Shown here piece after piece: positions 41,677-56,800 of a stretch of 64,000 nt of DNA. Under the pieces are notes generated by a model. The model was given only the letters and a program-made list of their open reading frames with translations. It was not told the origin of the DNA and ran no database searches. The DNA is from the human T2T-CHM13v2.0 reference genome, Homo sapiens, in NCBI RefSeq assembly GCF_009914755.1, contig NC_060934.1; one strand, written 5' to 3'. Position 1 is the stretch's first letter. Every line of letters begins with the position of its first letter. The translations under genes and the position numbers were made by a program.

Positions 41677-43762
41677 ACTTTTTAAAAAATCATTTTAGAA
41701 GTTTCTTCACATCCACTGACATTTTCTTCTACTTCTACCTCCTCCTCATAATTATATCTTTCTTTCTTCTCTTCTTCTCCTTCCCTGCCCTCCTGCCTTC
41801 TCTTCAAGAAATATTTTGAGTGTTCACTGTGCCAGGTACAATGTAACATCTCCTGCAGCAGATACCAGCGCTTACATCTGCCGCCCCCTACCACCCCGCC
41901 TCCCATTTACTGATGAGTCATTTTTAAGACTCCTGAGAAAATAGACCCAAAAAGTATTCACTACGTGTTCCTTTCCCTCAGAGCTGTTATCAATTAAGGT
42001 AGAAGAATAAATTTCTGATTCTGTCCTATTGGTGAAAGTGGTATAAGATTATATGGAAGAAAGTAAATGTTATATTTCACTTATTCAACAGGTTTCGTTG
42101 AGCCCTACTGAGTGTCAGGTGCTGCAGAGGTGCAGAGCTAGGGCCAGTAAGATAACACAGTCCTGGTCTGGGTTATCTGAGTAGAGAATGTTATGTGTCC
42201 ATAAACACTGATTCAGATTATTAGCTGAAGTAATTTTGTTTAAGTACAGGTTGGAATTTAGAAAGGCACTATGGTGTCCAAATTGTTGCGAAAATAACAA
42301 ATTAACACTTTATGTTATTCTCCCATATAGGGACAGAAGATAGGATTCTACAGTTGGGTTGATATTAACTATCTTTTTTCCAACCATAAATATTTTAGAG
42401 AAAAAATTGTCTATAGAAATATTAAACTTTTTGACAGAGAAAGTTCTTTCTCTAGAAAAAGTTTTTCTATTCATTATTTTGGACAGTGGAAGGATATCTC
42501 TGCTTGAATAGGTATTTTTTTAATGCTGAGAAGAATTACTTGACCAGATCCTATGAATTTTTAAAAGTCTGTCCAGTTCAGTTGCAGGATCATCATTTTT
42601 AATGTGTAGTTACCATTTACCTTACAGTTACAAGCCTATTAAAGTCTGATATCTCAAAAAGCTGTGATTCTTTTCTGAAAAGAATTGAGGAGGTTATCAT
42701 TTGGGCAAAGCTCTTAAAGAGTATTTTCAAGTTGTGCTTATATATACTTTGTGAGGTCCTCTGAGGTATTGGTGAGCTCCATGGTGGTAAGAAAAGAATG
42801 TCATTTAAATCCTGTTTGGAGAACCTTCTCCTTAGGTAGTCCAAGTGAATTCATAGGGTTCATTTTTAATCTGTTAAAAAGTGTTATACTCATTTTTAAA
42901 GGTGACTTCCCCATAATGCCTATCACTTTTCCAGTTGGTTTGTAAGATACACGTGGAGCCATTCTTACTCTCTTGCATCTCTGTGAGTTTAGAAAAAGAA
43001 TGAAGACTACAGCAGATTGTGAAAATGACAGTTTAATTTCAAATATTACAGTGAAGCTTATGACCTTGTTGCACTGTACTTATATAACTTTCTTTGGGAA
43101 TTTTTAATCAAGTTTATTTTCCCTTTGAGTCTGACTTCTAGTGCCAGAAGGTTTTTTTTTTTTTTTAACAGTGTTTATGTATTTAACAGAATTTTTTTGA
43201 GATGGATGCTACAGAATTTTCACAGCATGGGTTTGCATTGGACTAAGACTTTGTGTACAACTTATATCAAGTGGAAAACTTGATGGGCATGAGCTTTAAA
43301 AATGGCTTTTTTGTGTGTGCTCTACATTTGAAGCTTTCGTCTGTATTTCCTCTTGGGCTACAGTGTTTTCCAGCGTTGCCACAAGAGAACAAAGTAAACA
43401 TTAAAAAATAATTTTTTATTGAAGAATATGTTTTTCCAAGTAAAGTCCTTATCAAAGAGACTGTCATGGTGGGTCATCATTCACATATGGCACTGTGTTG
43501 CCCTTCTGTATCTTAAGATATAAGCGTGAAGTCGTAGTTAAATAAATATCTATTTATTTAGAGAGAGGAAGAAACCATCCTAAAGCCAGAAAAAGGAAAA
43601 AGGCTTTTTGGAAACTGTTCCTTTTGGAGGATAAAGAAGGCACATTGTTGAGTAGTAGTCCTACCATTACCCTCCACGTTGCTAATTTCATTGTAATCAA
43701 GTGTCTAAGGTCCTGGTCTACATGAAAAGGTTGATATTTGTGTTTATATAAAGTACCTTCAC

Positions 43763-44073
<311 letters not shown>

Positions 44074-46034
44074 TCACAATGGAGCTATTTTTTTTTAAAT
44101 TTCCATTTTCAAAGTTGTTTGCAATATATAACACTTAAATAGAGCTCAGTGGAACCTTAACATTTTGTTCAGCAAACAATTATTAGGCTCTAAGAAATTA
44201 GGATTGGATTTATTGGATGTGGACTGGACTTCTATTGATCTCTGCTATAGCAAGAAAAATACTGCCTTACATTATTATTATTGGCAAATTTTGCGTTTGG
44301 AATTAAGGTGGAGGAGAAATTCAAGCCACCTGAAAGGGAAAATAGATTTCATATCATTTAGGAAGGAACAAATCCTGGCACTGTCCTTGGCTGTTATATA
44401 AATATAAATTTCCTTTAATAAGCTGGAATATCTTGGCAAAATGCCTATGGGAAAATAAATAGCTATAGATTCTAATAATAAATACAATTAGTGTTTTTAA
44501 GGAGGGTAGAGGAGGTAATTAAGTCTATTTCATTATGTCGGGGAAAGACTTGAGAAAGATGGGCCTTATGGAATACATAAGGAGAGGAGGAAGGAGAAGT
44601 AAGTAAACTGTGAGCAAAGCCAGGCTTTGGGGCAAATACATGGCTTATGAGAATTCCTGGGGGGTGTCCTATGGCATAGCTAACATTCATCTTTTAACAT
44701 TCATCATTCAGTAATTTTTACTTGAAAGTGATAACACTTATTTTTAAAACATTTTCCATCAAACTTTTTATTATTTCAGAGTAACCATCCCAATTAACCC
44801 ATTCATTAATAGACAGATATGTAATTATTTAATATATTATGGAGGTTTTTAATGCTTTAAATCATAAATGTTGGTAATTGTTAATGTATTATGTGCTAAA
44901 AATAACAATGGTAACACAGGCGATAACATTGTATATTCTGCTTTAAAATTTTCAGACTACTTTTACATCTGTTAACTCATCGTATCAATCAATAAATTAC
45001 CTTATCTGAAATGGAAATTTGTTCAAGCTGAGTAACACTGATCCCCTGAATATTTCCCCAAATGCCATCTACTTTCACCATCCAGAATATGTATTAAGTT
45101 TTATTTGGTTTCATGAAGAAATAAGTACTTTTAGTTTCCCTCTTTCTCATTAGCATATCTTTGAATTATCTATGTAATGTTCAATACTCTGTGCAGATCT
45201 GTTGATGATTAGGACCTGTTCATTTGAAACCAACAAACCAACCAACCAACAAACAAAATCTGTCCTAAGAAGGCTACACAAATTTAAGAGATGCACGAGT
45301 TTTTCTCACTAGTGTTAGCATAAGACTTTTACAGACATCCAAATTTTTCATGTAGGTGAGTCAAAGGGATTGACTGGAGTGACTTTGTTACTGTAAAAAG
45401 AGACCTTTTAAAAAAAAAAAAACCATTGACTCTAAAAGGTAAGCATGAAGATGGACCAAGTATCTTATTGCCTCACTGATACTGCCTGCCAGCTGTGAAT
45501 TTTCTTACTACAATGAATCCCCTCATTTTTATTGCTGTGTGCAAGGTACAGTGTTTCATTTTTCTTCCTACTTGGGCTTCCTGTAGAATGCACACCCCAT
45601 ATAGTTCTTTAAATTCATACTGTTGTGAGAACAAGTACGTCTTTCTCTTCTCTCTTTTGTTAACTGTAAACCTTGTGGAGCAACAGTTCTTTCGTGCCCT
45701 CTGTAAGTTGCTGGCCTCTGCTCAAATTAAACACTGTAAGATTATCAGCAGGTTACAAAGGTGTAGTGTATCTCTCTCTTCTGCATTTTTGTATAAGGTT
45801 GTCTTGATCTGAAAAATGCTAACAAATTCAAATGAACTAATCGTCTCACATCCACCCCTTGTAAATTGGGACTTTGTGTCTTCTACATAAAAAGTAGGGA
45901 GAACACACGTGCAATTTCTGTTCTCCTTTGAGGATTTAAAAAAAGTTACTCATATAAAATGCACAGAAATTATTTTTTCATCCAAGTGCCAAGTCAGGTC
46001 ACCTCTCTTTCACCTGCAGTGAAGCAAAATGGAA

Positions 46035-46255
46035 TGTGCCTGGAGCTTTGCTACGAGACAGACTCAGGTTCAAATCTTGGTCCTGCCACTTAATAACTGT
46101 AAGACCTTAGACAAGTTCCTTAGCCTTTCTGAGTCTTAGTTTTCAAATGTATAAAAATCCTTGCAGATCTTCTATATGGAGGTTGTCCTGAGAGATAAAT
46201 GTGATAAACTATATAAAACATCCAACACAGTGGTGATCCATAAATGTTAGTTTCC
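46035..46255 (+). mobile_element. MIR
   Basis: ggttcaaatcttggtcctgccacttaataactgtaagaccttagacaagtt...ccataaatgttag. Confidence 0.8.
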
Positions 46256-46261
46256 ATTTGT

Positions 46262-46640
46262 ACTAATTTGCATAGTAACGCTAGCTGCTGTAACAAATAA
46301 ACCCCAGTCGCCCCAGTGGCTTGATTCAGTGACGTTTATTTCTCACTCTTGAAACTGTGTAATGCAAGTGTCCAAGTGGGCAGACAGCCCTTTCAGGTAG
46401 TTATTCAGAAATCTAGGCTTCAGCTGTCTTTTGGCTCTGCCCTGCCCTGGGGCTTTGGTGTCCTTTACCTTTAGCCAGCAGCTAGGCAAAGAAAGTGGAG
46501 AAGGTATACCCACTTTTGAAGCTCCGCATTAATTCTACCTGTGTTCCACTGTCAAGAACAGTTGAATGGTGCTACTTAGATGCAGGGGGACTGGGAAGTA
46601 CAGTTCCAACTGAATGACCACTTTCTAATACAACTTTATA
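46262..46640. mobile_element. MLT1-type (ERVL-MaLR) solo LTR, old subfamily
   Basis: ctagctgctgtaacaaataaacccc...cagtggctt...gtttatttctcactc...gatgcagggggactgggaagtacagt motifs. Confidence 0.6.
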
Positions 46641-47074
46641 CTAAGAAAGAGGGAGAACAATATAGGTGGGTTGGAGGGCAGTTTATCTATCTCTGCAAAG
46701 TATTTATTTCTTGCCTACTTCACTGCCTCATACATCATCAGTTAAGACCCTAGCTATTAACAGTACAATGGGCAGAAGTGAAAGGATAGATGACTTACAG
46801 GCCAGGTCAGTGGTTGTGATCTTCTAGTTTTTGTGGCAAATGAGACTTTATTTCTCTCTTTTCCATATTAATAGATACATTAAGGAGTCCGATATCATCT
46901 GCTTTCTTTTCTACTAGACATTTATCTTTATTCACTTTTCAAATTTATATTCCTTAGGTCTGTAACAAAAAATAATTCTGCTGTGTGTGTTTTTATCTAA
47001 GTGGTGACAATAGTTGTAAGTCTGCAAATGTATATATGTCATTTCTAAAGCATATGCTAAAAGTACACTTACAC

Positions 47075-47365
47075 TGCAGACTGTCACAGCCCAGAGGAAC
47101 TTAAGGAAACTTAACATAATGCAAGTTCTGGATGGAATCCTGGAACAGAAAAAGGACATTGTGCAAAAACCAAGGACATATGAATAAAGTTATTGATTTT
47201 AGTTAATAATAATGTATCAATATTGGTTTGTTAATTGTGACACATGTACCATAATAATGTAAGTGATAATGGGGGAAACTGGATGTAGAGTAAATGGAAA
47301 CTCTGTGCCATGAGCATAATTTTTTTGTAAATCTAAAGCTATTCTGAAATTAAAAGTTTATTTCA
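47075..47365 (+). mobile_element. L1MC/L1MB-type 3' end fragment
   Basis: ctggatggaatcctggaacagaaaaaggacatt...aataataatgtatcaatattggttt...tgtaaatctaaagctattctgaaattaaaagttta. Confidence 0.75.
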
Positions 47366-50300
47366 ACAAAAGGACATTGCAATCACAGTAGTCTTCATAT
47401 TTATTGAGTACCCATCATGTAATATCATCATTGTTGCAAACCTGACTTCTCTTTTTTAATTTTTTATTAAAATTATAGATAATTTGTCCTTTCCAGTAAC
47501 TATGAGGCCTCATGTCTATTTAAAAGCACCTTGGCCAGGTTTGGGTACTAGTAAATGCTCTAAGAATATTTGCCTCTTCTTTCTTTCCTCCCACTCTCTA
47601 CCTCTCCCTAAGTGCTTCTAGTAATTACAAAAACAACAATATGAACTTTTACTTCACTGTTGAAAGGGTCAGGCTAATCAATCATTTAATTTGATGAGTC
47701 CAGGAAGTATTCGATGTATATGGGGACATGGTCCCAACGTTCATGTGGTCTATCCCCACATGCCCATCTTCAAGATGCATAAGAATGAATAGACCATTTT
47801 ACTTATTAGAAGAATGAGAGTTAATATTTTTTTCTTTTTCAATCTAGAAAAACAAGAGTGTATTATGATAATAATAGAAATGGTAACATAAGAATAATGA
47901 GATTATAGATTTTTTCCCTATTCTGAATTTTCTAACATGTTACTATTTAATTTTACAATTAAAAAAGAATTTTCTCTATATTTAAAGTGCCTAAAATCTA
48001 TTCTTGAAAAATTATTTCACATCATAGTTTTTCAAATATATATGCATACACACACAACATACACAGAGATACAGAGTGCGAGTGGGGAGAGATTCCATAT
48101 GTCAATATCATGAAGAAGCCAAATGCTGGTAAAACATAATTTTTACTTACGTTTGTTTCTCCTTATTTAACTGCCTGAATTATGTAGTAGTAGGATTTAT
48201 GTCTAAGGTTCAATATCTCTGGAAATTCTACAGTAACAGACTTTAAAAACTCTTTCTATGTATGCTTTTAACTTCCTTGGCCTATTCCTTTGGATTATTC
48301 TGGCTTCATAATGGTGATTTCCTGGTTTCTCTAAACACAGTTGTACCCATTTCAGCAATATTTATATGTGAAAGAAAGTGGAAATTAGAATCCAGATTTG
48401 TTGACCCTTGAGATCTTATATTGACCTTAGTAGGTGTTAACTTTTTAGATCAATAAAGAGCTGTTATTGACCTCAAAGAAAAGTCAATATCTGCTTGTTA
48501 ATTTGCAGCTTAGAAATGTTATACATTTTGTTCTTCATTATTACCCTACTTATTTCAGCCTTTTAAAAAAATGTCTCTACTGTTTCCGCTAGAGATCATC
48601 ATGTCTAGATCAACATTTTAGTTTTGGTGTTTAAGGAGATAATCATTGGACATGGTGGTCATTTATCAGTGCTCCATTTTAGTTTCTTATAAAATTGCAA
48701 CTGTCTGAGATTCATACTATACAGAAAAGTGAAATATATTTAATTGTACTTGATTTACTGTTGTTATTAATGTTTGAGAAACAATTTTAAGTAATCTATA
48801 GCTCATGGCAAGAATATTCTGACATGTATATATGAGAAATGAAAAGGAAGTTAAATTGGAAACAAGTGGTCTGAAAAGAGATTAATAATGTTTTGCTTTT
48901 CTGTGTATAAATGGAAATAATCTGTGTAGATTGAGGTTTCGCATACACTTTTCATGTGGATAAACATTTAAAGCTTTTAGGTAAGGACTTCTTATGTGAG
49001 TCTGAATCGTAGAAGCCTATGATTCTAAAGTTTTATTAAGTGTTTAAGTATTGGTAGAGAAGTCGCTTTTCACATCATCGTTGTTTTGTATATTAACATG
49101 GAAATGTCAAGTTTTGCATAACTTGAAATGTCTCAGAATTGCCTATTGCTGAAATTCAAATGTCAGAACAATGCTTCTGCAAATATATGACTCTGATATT
49201 TCAACTCTAAAAACCTCATAAATGATTCAGTATCAGTTTGGCCTTGTTATGATATAACTTTTAAAAGAGGCAGAGTGATTTAAATCTGTTCTAGAAAATG
49301 GTGGTCTCATTCAGTGTAGACATCAAACACAAATCTCTCAACCCATTAATGCTCATTAATTTTTTTATTATGTTACCATTTTGGCAAAGAATTTAAGTTT
49401 TCATGAGGACTCTTTAAGTATATTTCACCATTGTAAAAATGAAGCTATTTCTTTGTGAGCAACAGGATTGGCTTATATCTTATCCTAATTTGTGGCATTA
49501 ATTGTTTTAGAGGGCTCAATACTTTTTGTAAAAGAAAATTTTTTTTGTTTTTCAAGCGATGAATGCCTTCTAGGACATAAATGATATATAGAGACCAAAA
49601 GGCCTGTAGAAATAAACCTTCTACTATTAATTTACTCTTCCAAATTTTGCATGGCATCTAAATATTTAAAATTAAAAGTTTTACAGCTGGCATAAGCCTT
49701 GGAGATAAGAAACCTGACTTTGTCATTTTATACAGAAAACTGAGTCTTGATGTCTAGTCCCTATTTATTGTTACTGGCTTTGAATTTTTTATTTGAAAAT
49801 CTCAATATTGTTGACCGTTACTGATATATTAATGGTTTGAATAAAATAACTTTACTAGTCCCATATTTTTATATTAAGTATTTTTTTTCTTATGGAAGAA
49901 AAGCTTTCCACAGGGGAACTTTATTGCTTGAAGAATCTTATTTTCATACATATTCTTAATAGCCTCTTTTACTTTCTCTTCTAGGATATAAAGTTTTGAT
50001 AATTAAAATTTGTCAACATTTCAATATGATAAAATTGATATGTTTAGTGGCGTGCTATTCCAGAAATTTTTAAAAATGCCATTAGGATCATAACTTGGAG
50101 TGTGTACCTTGGCATGTTTAATTTTTCCTCTGCTAGGAGATTAGTGGAAAATAAGCTCTGTAAATTAAATTTTATTGCAAAATTATCTTCCGATGTTCAG
50201 CAGTAAAGATAGTATTGAGTGATAAGGCTGGAGTGGATTTTGTATAAAGCAATTATAGCATGAAGACCACAATCTGAATGAAAAATATTGCTGAAGATTT

Positions 50301-53300
50301 CCTATAGTCTGTAGAAATGTCATTTTGGAATGTGTTTAAAATTGCCTCATTTTATGCAGGTGATTATAATACTTAAGGTATATTGCAGTTTGAAAACAAC
50401 ATTACTGAATAATTTTAAGGACCATTTATATATGGTGGGAGGAACAAATTATATATATATATTCACACTTGGACAATTGTTATCATTTCAAAACATTTCT
50501 CCACTACTGGAGATTTTTCTGTAAAGCTTGCTTTCTCCAGTGAGCCCATCTTTCTCTTTAGATAACTGCATATGAAAGGTGGGATCAAAATGCCCACTGT
50601 GTATTTTACTCTCACCCTGGCATGTGTAAAGGAGGACTTCTTCTCCAGGGCTCCACCATGTAGATGAAGAAGCACCTGGTGTTTTAATAACTTTATTTAC
50701 ACCTCAACTCTTGAATTTAACCTTTACATAGCAATTAGAAACAGATAAGAACAAAGATATTGTTCTTGAATGAGGTAGAAAAGGCGTGGTTTGAAAGGGC
50801 TTCCTACAAGTAAAATTGAAGAAGAAAATACGCATGCACGTGTGTCTGTAGCCACCCACCCCTCAACTCCTGTTCATGTGTGTTTCCTGGACTTGCATTC
50901 TTCATTCCCCCAAAATCAAGGCACATTTAGTGAATGTCTAGTCTGAGCAAGTCAGTGTCTCTAAGTACCAGAATGGTGGAGACAGAGAAATCACAGTGTA
51001 TGGCAGTGTCAGGACTGGGCTTCATCCCAAGGAAGTGAAAATCCAGTAGTATTTACAGTAGAAATTATTAAAAGAATCTGTTTCCTAATGGGCAGAGGAT
51101 CCTGTCGTCCTTTAATTTTTTTAAAAAAAAGTCATGCCCTTTAATAAATAATCATGTAAAAGGGAAAAACCTCTGATTTTAGAAGTTACTTTTTATTTCT
51201 TTACAGGGAGCTGGGAAAAGACAGCTTATTGATTCAGTGTGCATAAATACTTATCATAGACTTACTGTGTAGCCATTACTTTAGGCAATTCATCCAGCTA
51301 AATAGCCTCTAATGCTATCATGAATGAAGACTATAGAGGTTTATCAAGATGAAAATAGCCCATTAAGAATTGATCTGAACCAGTTTAGAGAAGCAGAGCC
51401 TGAGACCTGGCCTGTGCAGCTTTGGCTAGTAAAAGTTCACTTGGTGCTGGGCATATACCAGCTCCACAGGCCCCAACTTTATTAGTGTGGAGATAAGCTG
51501 ATTAGGTCCTGTCAATCAAAGGTGCCCATATCTCAATTGAGAGACACACACTCTCTCTCGATTTTTCTTTAAGCATTGAAGCAGGCAACAAAGAAAGAGA
51601 TGTGTGGTATGCATCCCTACGGTTGTCACCATGCAGGGTGCAAGGGTCCTGTGATGATGTGGTGACTGTATTAAAGAGTACATCAATTTGTTTTAAAGTG
51701 TTTTGATTTTTTATGGTGGCATTAAGAGAGAGAACATTGTGGTTGCAGCTTTACTAGAAAGCAAAGAGTTCTAGAAGAAGAAAAAAAAAGTGTTTCTTTG
51801 AAGCCTACCAGGGCTTTGAATCTTGCTGTGCCAATGGGCGCTTAAGTGCTCCCGTAACTGGCAACCTCAGATCCACCATCAGCTTAGGAACTACCATCCT
51901 CTCCAAATAATTCATTTAAAGGAATAGGAAAAAAATGTGTAAATTGACCTAAGCAATATTAATGATGATTGACTGCAAGTTTTTCTTTCTTTAAGTGATT
52001 TCAGATTTTGGATGAACATATAACACATGTTGGTTATACTGATGTGCACTGATTCCGTTGTAAAGAGCAGAGATACTTCTAAATTTTGCCCAAGTACAGA
52101 TTGGCAACATTGCTCCATTTAATTGTTTCATACATAATAATGAATGCTTTACTTTGTATATCTGGAAAATAAACCTGACTAATAAATATAGGCTGTCAAA
52201 GTATAATTCTGTAGGGCTTCAGCTTGAGACCTCATCATCTCGTCAGTATTGAGAAAAAGGTAGAGCGATGGTGTAGGGGGAAAACCTGGCCTTTTGTTCT
52301 TTACATCTGAAGTTTGCTCACTGCAGGCCTCCTTCCCACTTCAAATGCAACAACAGAAAGGAGGCCTTCCTCTTCTTCCCTCACCCTACATGCACCCCCC
52401 AGTGCTGCCATCCCGCACAGCCACGTTTCCACAGTGGATTATCTCTTTATCAGCTATTCTTCCCTTCACTCCATCCATTTTCCACTAACCAATCAGGCAG
52501 CCCTCTTAGGAAAGACTGGTGCTTACTTCAATAAAATGTTAATTCTGTACACACAGAGCCACACAGCCATTCTAGATGTTGCTTGTAACAGAAAAGCATT
52601 CATGTACCCCAGACATGGAGAATACCTGTATTGGGTGTCTTATGAGAAAAAATTGGGGGAAATAAAGTTATGATGGGTAGTAGTTACTGAAATGGAAAAG
52701 GTATTCTATTCTTTATAGTGCTGACCAGCCAGAGTGGCCACACACGTGTGTGGGGATGTACCCATGGTTACCTAAAAACATGCATCCTGCTTTTAAGGCA
52801 TCTGAGATAGTAAAAGCTAGTTTGTCACTTGTAGTTCTAACTGACCCAGACAGGAGTAATTGCAGTGCTGACTCTGGTCCATTGAGTGTATGATCTTGAA
52901 AGGCCTTCTGACTCTAGAAAGATTAGGGTGAGCGATGTTTAGTAATGGGTGTACTTTAACATATAAAGATTTTCTATTCAGGATTCTCTGCTTTGAGAGT
53001 TTTTATTACTGGATTATCTTAATAGTGATAGGTCTTTAGAGTACTTACTAGGGTTTTTTTAAATAAGAAAAAATGTAGTATGCAACTTTCCAGAAATACC
53101 TTTTTTTAAAAGTGTTGATGCATTCGCATGTGAAAGGAACTTGGCTAAGCTCCTTCTCATGGTTTAGGTTTCTAGTTTAATGTTATGTCTTCAAAGAAGA
53201 CTACCCTGACCACTCTTTCTAAAGCAGGCTTCCCCTGAATCTTACCAAGCCCCTTCCTCATAACATTAATTGTAAGGAGTAATCCATTACTCATTTTTTG

Positions 53301-53392
53301 TTTGCCTTCTCCACAAGAATGTAAGCTTCCTGAGAGGCATTTTGTTGAATGATTGAAGGAAATGGGCAGCTATATTCCTTTACTGCAAATAG

Positions 53393-53800
<408 letters not shown>

Positions 53801-56800
53801 TGACATTTTAGAATTAATCTTTGTCTCTTATTGTATTGAAATTCTTAATACATTCAAGTGGTTCTCTCAAAAAAAATATTTTTTTAAAAAAAGAATATTG
53901 TGTTTCATTTGGCAAAGTTATAATTAAGAAAAGTATACTCTACTCAAGTCAGTTTACCCTGCAAACTAGTGTATACTCATTAATAAGCATTTGGTGGTAA
54001 AGATTTTAAGCCAATAATGAATCTAGGTTCCCTTTTTCATTTGCTGCATGCTTTAGTTATTGAGCTTTGTTTCTTTTCCACTGTTTACCCATTCCAATTT
54101 CATAAGTTTACTTTGGTAATTGTTTTTAGGCTACAAAATTAATAGTGAAAATTAGGTTGCAGTGTGATCATGTTGCTTTATCAATCATTGGAATATAATG
54201 TTTGTTTCGCTGAAATTTTGTAACAAGAAGTAGGCAGAAATGGTTGGACTAGGGACATTTACTTGTAGTGTCTTTGTGTAAATCTCAGTTTTCCATTTTA
54301 TTATATGATAAGTAAAATCTCTTTGGTTGCCTACAAGGATATAACAAATACTTAAATTCATCAACATGAAGCTGTAAGCATCATCAGTTCATAACAATGA
54401 TTTCTGAAAACTGGTTACTTTTTATTTAAATTTGGAAGTTTAACTCAAATGGAAAAAGATATTTTAACATGGTTTTCTGATCACTGATAACTGAAAAATT
54501 CTAGAATAATATAGGAACTCATACAACAAAATAGATCATGCTTACAGTCAGCACTTGAAAAAAACATTCTGGAAAAAAGTCTTTAAAGAGACTTTAGGGA
54601 GACTCTAGAAATATATGGAAGAATATTGCAAACTAAAGGCTGTTGTATTCTCTTTCCCTCTCAGAAATAGTTTTTTATAAATAAAGAAATACTTTTCTGA
54701 GTTGCTTTTATCATCAACATTTCACTCCCCCAAAATTAAAAAATCTATCATCGAACTCTTTTACCAGAATTTACCAATTCCACCTGAAGTTCTTAGCCCC
54801 TGAGATACAACTTTTTTTTATTTCATAAAAGCCAAAGGAGTGTTCTGAGTCATTTGATGAACTTTCCTTCAGAAAAAATAAAATAAAATAATGGCAAATG
54901 CCTATTTTTCTGCTTCTCAAATGCCCTTTCCAGTACTTGTCATATATTCCTGAGTTACAGCTGGTTTATCAGGAGCAAACAGGCAGACATAACTTACGAC
55001 ACTGCAGGTTTAAAGTATCATCGTCCAGAAACAATGATGTTTTATTATTTAGAAACAGTCTATATTTTTTCATATTCTTCCTTTAAGCCTTAATGTTTGT
55101 TCGAGAATTAAAGGGCCACACTCTTCTGTTTTCTCTGTGTTTACCTTGCAGTTCTGCTTGGCAAATGTTTATTTCTGAAAGTAAGTATGAAATGTCAGTA
55201 TATTTAGGATAATTAAGTCAATATTACTCCAGTTTGCTTTGCTTTTAGAGTGCTATATTTTCCTAAGTAATAAATACCAGGTAACTTCCAGAAATGGAAG
55301 GATTTAGAAAGTAATATTATGTTTGTGTGTGTGTGTGTGTATATACACACACATATATAACTATATAAAATAGATTTTCTTTTATAACAACATCTGAGTG
55401 TCTCTTGATTTAGATAGTTTTATCATGGCAATCGCATGTTGTGGGGAGTTCTTTTGTACCATTAATAATAACTAAAACACAATCATCTTCCTAAAGGAGA
55501 GAAAGAGAGAGAAGAGGGAAAAGGTGGAATTTGAAAAGGGGGGAAAATCTGTTCCTATTCCTTCCCTGAGGCTGAACTGTTTATCACTCTATCCTCATTC
55601 GATAAAAGTGAATTTTATAATAAAATTTTCCCTAATCGGGCACTGTCAGTGGAGGTGTCTTATCGCTGAGAGGAAAATGACACCGATCCTATCGGAAAAC
55701 AGAAACGATGTCACCATGTTCCCAATCACAGCTCTTCAGCCCCCATATCTACCTTCTCCACAAACACCAAGCAGTGCTTTTTTCATAAGAACATCAAAAC
55801 CCAGCAAAGTCATTAAAATTGCACCCGCGTAGAGTTGCAGGGACCAGCCGTACTAGCACAAAATGGGATGTGGGAAAACAGACTCTCTAAATGTGCTAAT
55901 TCCATTGTCACGTGTTTACGGCTTAATTTTAATCAGTTAAAAAAGCCACACATTGCAATAAATTGGCATTATCTTCTGTGACACCAGAAGACACAGTTGC
56001 TTCAAGGATTTAGAGGGTCACTGGCAACAGTATATAGTATTACAGACAAAGTATTTTTACGCTTGAACTACGGTAGCTAAGGTACAATCCCCAGTTAAGA
56101 CTGCAAACAAAGACTATAACCCACATAGTACTAAGTTCAACTTGCAGACCACCTTCATCCTTGATGGACTTTGTATGCAAAACAAAGAATTTTGTGAATT
56201 TTTTTAGAGTCATTCATTCATCATATAAAAAAAATTTTTAAGTAGCCTTTCAGTGCTGTAACCTTATCGCATACTTGGCAATAGACCAAATGTTCTTCCC
56301 ATAGGTCCTCTCAGTAGACTTGTTTTCCAGTCCTGATGTTTCATTGACTGTGTTTACATTGACCATTCGACTTGCGAGCCTAAACAAAGAGACATTAACA
56401 CGCTTGAGGAAATGCAAACAGAAAATAGTGTCATTGACAATTGTTGAAGGCCAACAATGAAAGACTGTCTCTAATGGTCTTAATTTATTAACGTCAAATT
56501 AGCACCAATATATTTTTACACAATTAAGTTGAGAAAGTATTGAAGTAGAAACTACTGGCAAATTTAATTTTAATTTGTTCCATGGGGTTATTCTTAAGGT
56601 ATACATATCTCTGTTTTAAAGCAGAATGATTCCTTGATGTGGACTGGCTATTCTACATGAGAATATCTGTGAGTAGTTTTTGGACAAAAACATTTCTTTT
56701 CATGGCAAGGTATAGCATATTACTTCAGTTCTCAAATTTAATATTTTAGCTTTGTAAATTGACAGTGCATTTAAATATGGTTTTTAAACATTAGACATCA

